Source of the DNA: Candidatus Thorarchaeota archaeon
GTDB lineage: Archaea; Asgardarchaeota; Thorarchaeia; Thorarchaeales; Thorarchaeaceae
Length of the DNA stretch: 20,000 bases
Assembly (NCBI GenBank): GCA_018238205.1
Contig: JABCTV010000039.1
Span: forward strand, 1 to 20,000
Direction of reading: 5' to 3'
The position numbers were made by a program, and so were the translations under genes. The notes below the pieces were generated by a model. It saw nothing but the letters and a program-made list of their open reading frames with translations, made no database searches and was not told the origin of the DNA. Positions 15,437 through 20,000 of this stretch are shown here, in pieces. Position 1 is the first letter of the stretch; each line of letters starts with the position of its first letter.

Positions 15437-15598
15437 TTACTTCCGGACTCCAATAACCTGTCCCTGAATTACCCTTTTGTGGAAGTTTCTCTTGTTCCGT
15501 ACACGAGGAATTGGTGAGTGCCTCTCACGACCCTTTACCTTTGGTGTGGACTCTCGGACTTTACCAGCTTTTGTTAGTGAACCGTGTGAACCAGGCAT
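15437..15598 (-). CDS. rps30e: Ribosomal protein eS30
   Basis: 53 aa starting at the internal [20 protein letters not shown] matches the eS30 core GSLxRAGKVRxQTPKV. An AAGGTGA SD lies 7 nt upstream. The 33-codon N-terminal extension in the ORF track is rejected. Confidence 0.85.
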   Translation of the reverse strand: MPGSHGSLTKAGKVRESTPKVKGRERHSPIPRVRNKRNFHKRVIQGQVIGVRK

Positions 15599-15605
15599 TG
15601 TAATT

Positions 15606-15612
15606 TCACCTT
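15606..15612 (-). promoter_or_regulatory. Shine-Dalgarno AAGGTGA for rps30e
   Basis: The minus strand reads acAAGGTGAaattacaATG. Confidence 0.55.
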
Positions 15613-15684
15613 GTCTTACCTGTGATTCTGAAAAGTTATCATAAAAACCTATCCAATTGGCACTCATTTTTTGACAAAAATTGG

Positions 15685-15690
15685 TATAAT
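15685..15690 (+). promoter_or_regulatory. TATA-like box (TATAAT within GGTATAATT) upstream of the ORF at 15714
   Basis: It is centred ~26 nt upstream of the ATG, which suggests a leaderless or near-leaderless transcript. Confidence 0.35.
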
Positions 15691-15713
15691 TCCACAATGT
15701 CTGACGACCTTAA

Positions 15714-16310
15714 ATGACAGAAACGGTACCGCATTATATGACCCACCCACAGCTGCGTCTACTATCGAGGCCTTCCCATAGTGAAGACCATACCCCCCTG
15801 TACGTAGACGTCGATAGTGCGCGGCTGTGGGATTTAATTTTTGATGAGAAAGTCTATCTTGTTCTCAGAAGACCAGCTCTTGTTGAGCTTGCGCGGCGAA
15901 AGGATCCAAAGTTGATGGATTACTGTGAAAACCTTCTCAAATCGGATGATTATGAAGATTGGTTAACAGGCTTAGCCACATTGTCTGCGGTAGGAACTAA
16001 CGAGGCTGTTGACAGTCTCATTCTTGCTTATGCACACTCATTGAATGAAGATCGGAGGACAGTTCTCACGTATGTCGCGAAAATCCTCACTGCAGAACAT
16101 ATCAAACCGTTCAGCATCATGGTCCGTGAGGTGGCAGTTCCTGGAGAAATCGAGGTCACTGGTTGGACTAGAGTGGCTATTTCCACTTTGCAAGATGCTT
16201 GCAAACGATTTGGTGTTGAAACAATCATTGACGGAAGAATTCCTGATTTAATTGAGGAAGCAACTGAATTTCACACTATTGATGACCTGACCACAACTCC
16301 AGAGAGATAA
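15714..16310 (+). CDS. Hypothetical protein, HEAT/PBS-lyase-like alpha-helical repeats
   Basis: 198 aa. Repeat-like helices read RRPALVELARRKDPKLMDYCENLLKSDDYEDWLTGLATLSAVGTNEAVDSLILAYAHSLNEDRRTVLTYVAKIL. They resemble the HEAT_PBS pattern (R..A...L...g...av..L...l.d.d..vR). The 5' ~130 nt is visibly more GC-rich than its surroundings. Confidence 0.5.
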   Translation: MTETVPHYMTHPQLRLLSRPSHSEDHTPLYVDVDSARLWDLIFDEKVYLVLRRPALVELARRKDPKLMDYCENLLKSDDYEDWLTGLATLSAVGTNEAVDSLILAYAHSLNEDRRTVLTYVAKILTAEHIKPFSIMVREVAVPGEIEVTGWTRVAISTLQDACKRFGVETIIDGRIPDLIEEATEFHTIDDLTTTPER

Positions 16311-16361
16311 TCGGTCTAGACCGCATTCTATTAAACCGAATATTGTTGATTTTAAGATGTT

Positions 16362-17963
16362 ATGACCGGTCCTAGCGATGACTATACGCTCTACAGAGAG
16401 ATAGTTGAGGAACTCCTCAATTCAAGTGAGCTGCTAAGTCGTAAGACGGTCAACAAGATCAAGAACAAGATATGCGCAAAATATCACTCCGAACGGACCC
16501 CCTCTAATGCTGATATTTTACAGGTCACCATTCCCGAGGAAGCTGAGATTCTTCGTCCATTTCTACAGAAACGTCCAGTCCGCACGATTTCTGGAGTGGC
16601 TGTAGTGGCTGCCATGACAATCCCCCATGAATGCCCCCATGGTAAGTGTGCATACTGTCCGGGTGGACCAGACTTGGGAGTTCCTCAGAGTTATACTGGT
16701 CATGAACCTGCAACCATGAGAGGAATTCAGAACGAGTTTGATCCTTTCAGACAAGTAGATAGCAGATTGACCCAGCTGAAAACAATCGGGCATAGTATAA
16801 ACAAGGTCGAGATGATAATCATGGGTGGGGACTGGTGTTCAAAACCAGTGGAGTACCAGCAGTTCTTTGTAAAGGGTAGTCTTGATGCTATGAATGGTAA
16901 AGTCAGTGAAACCCTCGATGAGGCAAAGAAAATCAATGAAACCGCTGAAGTTCGCAATGTTGGGCTGACCTTTGAAACTCGACCAGACTGGGTCACTCAG
17001 GAGAGCGTTGATGTGATGCTAGAAATGGGGGCAACTCGTGTAGAACTCGGTGTACAAACACTCTCTGATGAGATACTGGAAACAGTTCAGCGAGGACATG
17101 GAATCGATGCTACAATACAGGCAACCAAACTACTCCGTGATAGTGGTCTCAAGGTATGCTATCACATGATGCCAGGTCTCCCAGGAGCTACTCCCGATGG
17201 AGATATTGCAACCTTTGAACAACTCTTCTCAGATTCAAGATTCCAACCAGATATGCTCAAGATATATCCAACCCTTGTTGTGAAGAACACAAAGCTGTAT
17301 GAATGGTGGCAGGATGGAAAGTACACTCCATACACCAACGAACAGATAATCTCCGTCGTAACCTCGGCTGTAAACAAGATGCCCGAATACGTTAGAATTC
17401 AGAGAATGCAACGTGATATTCCAATGCACCAGATCGAAGCAGGTCTTAGTCAAGGAAATCTTCGCGAACTGGTTCACCAAAAGATGAAAGCTGAGGGTCT
17501 AAGGAACCCGACCATTCGGTTCAGGGAAATCGGACACTTTCAGATGCGTACCAAAGAAGAAGTAAACCCTGAGAATATGCAGCTTGTTCGTCGTGAATAT
17601 GATGCTGCAGATGGGACGGAGATATTTCTCTCCTATGAAGACCCTGCATTGGATGTGCTCTTTGGGTTCATCCGACTTAGACATCCTAGTGAAAGTGCTC
17701 ATAGACCCGAAATCACGGAAAAATCATTCATCATCAGGGAATTGAGAGTATATGGTCCTGTGGTCGATATCGGCGAACGAGATACTGATGCATGGCAGCA
17801 TCTTGGGCTAGGAGCAAAGATGATTTCTGCTGCTGAAGAGATTGGTAGGGCTGAGTTTGATGCATCTCAGCTACTTGTCAATAGTGGAATTGGTGTGAAG
17901 GAATACTATCGCGGGCTTGGATTTACTGACAGTGGTCCCTATCTTCTCAAGAATCTCGGATAA
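16362..17963 (+). CDS. elp3: Elp3-type tRNA uridine(34) modification enzyme (radical SAM + GNAT acetyltransferase domains)
   Basis: 533 aa. It carries the radical-SAM cluster motif ECPHGKCAYCPGGP, GLTFETRPD, RVELGVQT, and the C-terminal GNAT motif WQHLGLGAKMISAAEEI. Confidence 0.92.
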   Translation: MTGPSDDYTLYREIVEELLNSSELLSRKTVNKIKNKICAKYHSERTPSNADILQVTIPEEAEILRPFLQKRPVRTISGVAVVAAMTIPHECPHGKCAYCPGGPDLGVPQSYTGHEPATMRGIQNEFDPFRQVDSRLTQLKTIGHSINKVEMIIMGGDWCSKPVEYQQFFVKGSLDAMNGKVSETLDEAKKINETAEVRNVGLTFETRPDWVTQESVDVMLEMGATRVELGVQTLSDEILETVQRGHGIDATIQATKLLRDSGLKVCYHMMPGLPGATPDGDIATFEQLFSDSRFQPDMLKIYPTLVVKNTKLYEWWQDGKYTPYTNEQIISVVTSAVNKMPEYVRIQRMQRDIPMHQIEAGLSQGNLRELVHQKMKAEGLRNPTIRFREIGHFQMRTKEEVNPENMQLVRREYDAADGTEIFLSYEDPALDVLFGFIRLRHPSESAHRPEITEKSFIIRELRVYGPVVDIGERDTDAWQHLGLGAKMISAAEEIGRAEFDASQLLVNSGIGVKEYYRGLGFTDSGPYLLKNLG

Positions 17964-18052
17964 TTGGGAAATCAGTGCTATTAGAACACGTGTTCCAAAG
18001 AATAATAACAAAATATCATTTCAAAGAATAGAGCAAATAGAAGATTCAAGGT

Positions 18053-18514
18053 GTGAGTTTCTTGATACACAAAATCAACTCTTTATCCCTTATTGCATTC
18101 ACTCTGTGCAGCATATTGTTGCTTATGGTCCAATTCGGCGTTATCTCTCCAAGTGGATTAGTTGTAATTTCCTTATTCCAATACACATTGTTGTTTTGGT
18201 CTTCAGTTATAGCTTTCATTATCTCTACGGCAAATCTCGTTGTAAGAATCCCAAGCCATGCAAAATGGTCTACAGGTTTTAGCGGAGAGATTGTTCGTAC
18301 CGTAAAGATTGCCGGCGAAAATAAGGACTATTTCATTCGGGGAGTAGGTGATACTTCTATCAAAGATGTTCTTCTTGAGAATTGGCCATTTAGTGAACAA
18401 GATCCTGACTCGAACTGGCATGTAGTTGATGAAAAGGGGAATGATGTTACAGGTGAACCTCTCAGCTCGATAACTGGAATTATGAGCGTAGTTTTTGAAG
18501 AAGCGAGTGAATAG
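18053..18514 (+). CDS. Hypothetical small membrane protein (2-3 N-terminal TM helices, acidic soluble C-terminal domain)
   Basis: 153 aa. Its hydrophobic segments are LSLIAFTLCSILLLMVQF, GLVVISLFQYTLLFW and SVIAFIISTANLVV. The start is either GTG at 18053 or, more likely, in-frame TTG at 18062, which lies 8 nt after AGGTG (18049-18053). No family was recognised. Confidence 0.5.
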   Translation: MSFLIHKINSLSLIAFTLCSILLLMVQFGVISPSGLVVISLFQYTLLFWSSVIAFIISTANLVVRIPSHAKWSTGFSGEIVRTVKIAGENKDYFIRGVGDTSIKDVLLENWPFSEQDPDSNWHVVDEKGNDVTGEPLSSITGIMSVVFEEASE

Positions 18515-18602
18515 TATACTTACAGAATGAAAAGCGATATCACATTGTGGTGGATATGAAAAGTAACGGGAGATAATAATCGCGAGCTCGAGTTAGATTG
18601 AT

Positions 18603-19394
18603 TCAGAGTCCATTTTCTTGTAGAAATTCATTCAATACCACATTGAACTCATCTGGATTCTCTAAATTTGATGCATGACCTGCATCAGCAATGATAATCT
18701 TCTTCGAATTGTCGATTAACTCAATCATCTTGTCTGCATGAGGAAAAACTGCTTTTCGTTCGTTCTCACCTAGTACAACTAGAGTTGGTACCTTGATACT
18801 GGATAAATCCAAGAGTTTGAAATTGAGGACCGCATCCATTACCTTGAGAAACTCGTTCTGGTCCATTCTGAGTTGTTCCTGAATTAAGTATTCCCTGATA
18901 TCTTCCTTCATGTCGAAGAATCCAAGTGACCACCTTGCGTAATCTTCGGGTGTCTTTCTCTTGATGTACCACTTTATGAGACTGGCTGGAAACATCCACT
19001 TCTGAAGCTTGTCTGATAGAGTCAGTGCGGTTGCTACAGCTGTATCAGCTAGAATAAGTCCAGCTAGATTTGACTGATATTTCACAGCATATTCTTGGGA
19101 TATCATTCCCCCAAGAGATAACCCGCACACAATCGGTTTCTCAATCTCTAATACGGTCATCAGTTCATGAAGGTCATCAGCAAATAGTTCACAACTGTAT
19201 TTTGCGTCTGATCCCCCTGACTTTCCGTGCCCTCTTACATCGTAAGTAATGACCTTGTAACTGTTTGAGAAATATTTCACTTGGGGATGCCAGTTATCAT
19301 GTGACCCAGTTGCGCCATGAACAAATACGAGTGGATGCCCCTCTCCAGATATCTCGTAATAAGTTTCAATGTCGTCAGTTTGAATCAGTGACAT
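18603..19394 (-). CDS. Alpha/beta-fold hydrolase
   Basis: It has the oxyanion HG motif (LVFVHGATGS), a nucleophile elbow GLSLGGMIS, and the catalytic His in DAGHASNLENP. I prefer the ATG at 19394 (MSLIQTDDIETYYE...). The ORF track extends 18 codons upstream. Confidence 0.85.
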   Translation of the reverse strand: MSLIQTDDIETYYEISGEGHPLVFVHGATGSHDNWHPQVKYFSNSYKVITYDVRGHGKSGGSDAKYSCELFADDLHELMTVLEIEKPIVCGLSLGGMISQEYAVKYQSNLAGLILADTAVATALTLSDKLQKWMFPASLIKWYIKRKTPEDYARWSLGFFDMKEDIREYLIQEQLRMDQNEFLKVMDAVLNFKLLDLSSIKVPTLVVLGENERKAVFPHADKMIELIDNSKKIIIADAGHASNLENPDEFNVVLNEFLQENGL

Positions 19395-19508
19395 ATGTAA
19401 AATATGTTGTATTTCAGGAATAAGTGTTAGCAATGAAGAGAGTGGCACCGAGTTCTTGAATAAAAGAAAGATTGAGTGAGTTCAGATGAACTCACCCTGC
19501 AAAACAAA

Positions 19509-20000
19509 TTACACCCAGTACTTTTTGCCAATTACAATTCCCACAATTAGACAACCAACACCTGTCACTCCAACTAGTACAAGAGTTGTGCTCAAGGTAG
19601 AATCGACACCTGCCCCAGCTCCGCGTGCAAAGCTCTGACTTATTGTGTGAACGATAGTGTGGTTTTCATTTGACGAAGATGTCACATGCTGGAGGGACCA
19701 TGTAGATAGGACTCCATCAGTATCATACGCTGCGTTGAAGGATATAGTTAATGTACCATTCATGTAGTCATAATCAGTATGATTGTATTCGATACCTAAT
19801 GCGATCTGAAATGAGAAACTTCCTTCACTCATAGACTCAGTGACTCCAGTGACGCCTAGTTGGTTTTCAGCATCATCTACAGCAGTAGTCCAGTCAGTAT
19901 TGTGTGTACTCCATACTGGATTTACAAAGAACATGGCTCCAGGAGAAGATCCACTGTAATATGGGAACATATCCAAATCGTAATTTTCTGCTAAATCGTC
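19509..20000 (-). CDS. C-terminal part of a probable secreted/surface protein with a single C-terminal TM anchor (ORF open to the right window edge)
   Basis: The reading frame stays open upstream of the tracked Met through position 20000 (..DDLAENYDLDMFPYY..). The body is Thr/Ser/Asn/Asp-rich and looks beta-rich. It ends with a TM helix and a basic stop-transfer sequence, LVLVGVTGVGCLIVGIVIGKKYWV. Confidence 0.55.
   Translation of the reverse strand, partial: DDLAENYDLDMFPYYSGSSPGAMFFVNPVWSTHNTDWTTAVDDAENQLGVTGVTESMSEGSFSFQIALGIEYNHTDYDYMNGTLTISFNAAYDTDGVLSTWSLQHVTSSSNENHTIVHTISQSFARGAGAGVDSTLSTTLVLVGVTGVGCLIVGIVIGKKYWV

Noticed and set aside
15599-15697. The ORF track gives a 33-codon N-terminal extension of eS30.
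   Set aside because: eS30 proteins are ~50-60 aa. The internal ATG has an AAGGTGA SD at ideal spacing, and the extension has no homology-like features.
16312-16323. A perfect 12-nt palindrome, CGGTCTAGACCG, lies between the HEAT-like ORF and elp3.
   Set aside because: About 20000/4^6, or roughly 5, perfect 12-nt palindromes are expected by chance in a 20-kb window. It has no second copy and no loop, so it is not a hairpin terminator.
17984-17995. A perfect 12-nt palindrome, GAACACGTGTTC, lies just downstream of elp3.
   Set aside because: The same chance expectation applies as above. It is a single occurrence, so it could be a regulator site, but nothing in the sequence supports that.
17917-18282. 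ORF 17917-18282 (+) overlaps the elp3 3' end and the following membrane ORF.
   Set aside because: It overlaps the well-supported elp3 terminus, and its translation has no coherent TM or domain pattern. The alternative frame (18053-18514) has clear TM helices and an SD-like motif.
19395-19448. The ORF track gives an 18-codon N-terminal extension of the alpha/beta hydrolase.
   Set aside because: The ATG at 19394 gives a typical short lead-in to the first beta-strand and HG motif. The extension is probably a longest-ORF artefact, though this is less certain than the other two cases.
1-20000. I searched by eye for CRISPR repeats, IS elements, integrases, toxin-antitoxin pairs and restriction-modification or other defence genes.
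   Set aside because: I saw no regularly spaced direct repeats, no terminal inverted repeats flanking an ORF, and no recognisable defence or mobility protein motifs. The window reads as core genome apart from the few hypothetical genes listed.

Overview
This is a densely packed archaeal chromosomal segment, AT-rich by eye and dominated by housekeeping and information-processing genes. No CRISPR array, transposase, integrase or obvious mobile element is visible. Archaeal origin is supported by a nop5-fibrillarin operon, ribosomal protein eS30, type-2 methionine aminopeptidases, Elp3, RNase HII, a stand-alone 5S rRNA and an intron-containing tRNA-Trp with encoded CCA. eS30 and a multiply interrupted tRNA are commonest in TACK/Asgard-type lineages, but that placement is inference only.

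Left to right, the features are:
- partial basic ORF (-)
- UPF0173 MBL-fold hydrolase (-)
- two tandem MetAP2 paralogs (+)
- small membrane zinc-ribbon protein and a DUF1512-like membrane protein (-)
- 5S rRNA (-)
- a 673-aa orphan protein (-)
- a ~490-bp non-coding gap
- tRNA-Trp(CCA) with two intervening sequences (+)
- prolyl oligopeptidase and RNase HII (+)
- COG1395-type HTH regulator, UPF0216, fibrillarin and Nop5 (-)
- PyrD and PyrK (+)
- eS30 (-)
- HEAT-like ORF and Elp3 (+)
- small membrane protein (+)
- alpha/beta hydrolase (-)
- C-terminal part of a membrane-anchored surface protein (-)

The items most worth a second look are:
- the oddly structured tRNA-Trp
- the 673-aa orphan protein directly upstream of 5S rRNA
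- the tandem, apparently both active, MetAP2 genes
- the DUF1512 plus zinc-ribbon membrane pair
- the eukaryote-like basic/RGG tail on Nop5
- the long non-coding gap at 6662-7148

I do not see a clear multi-gene novel system such as a defence island. The novelty candidates are single genes or RNAs. All calls rest on reading the sequence and ORF translations by eye; no database search was run.
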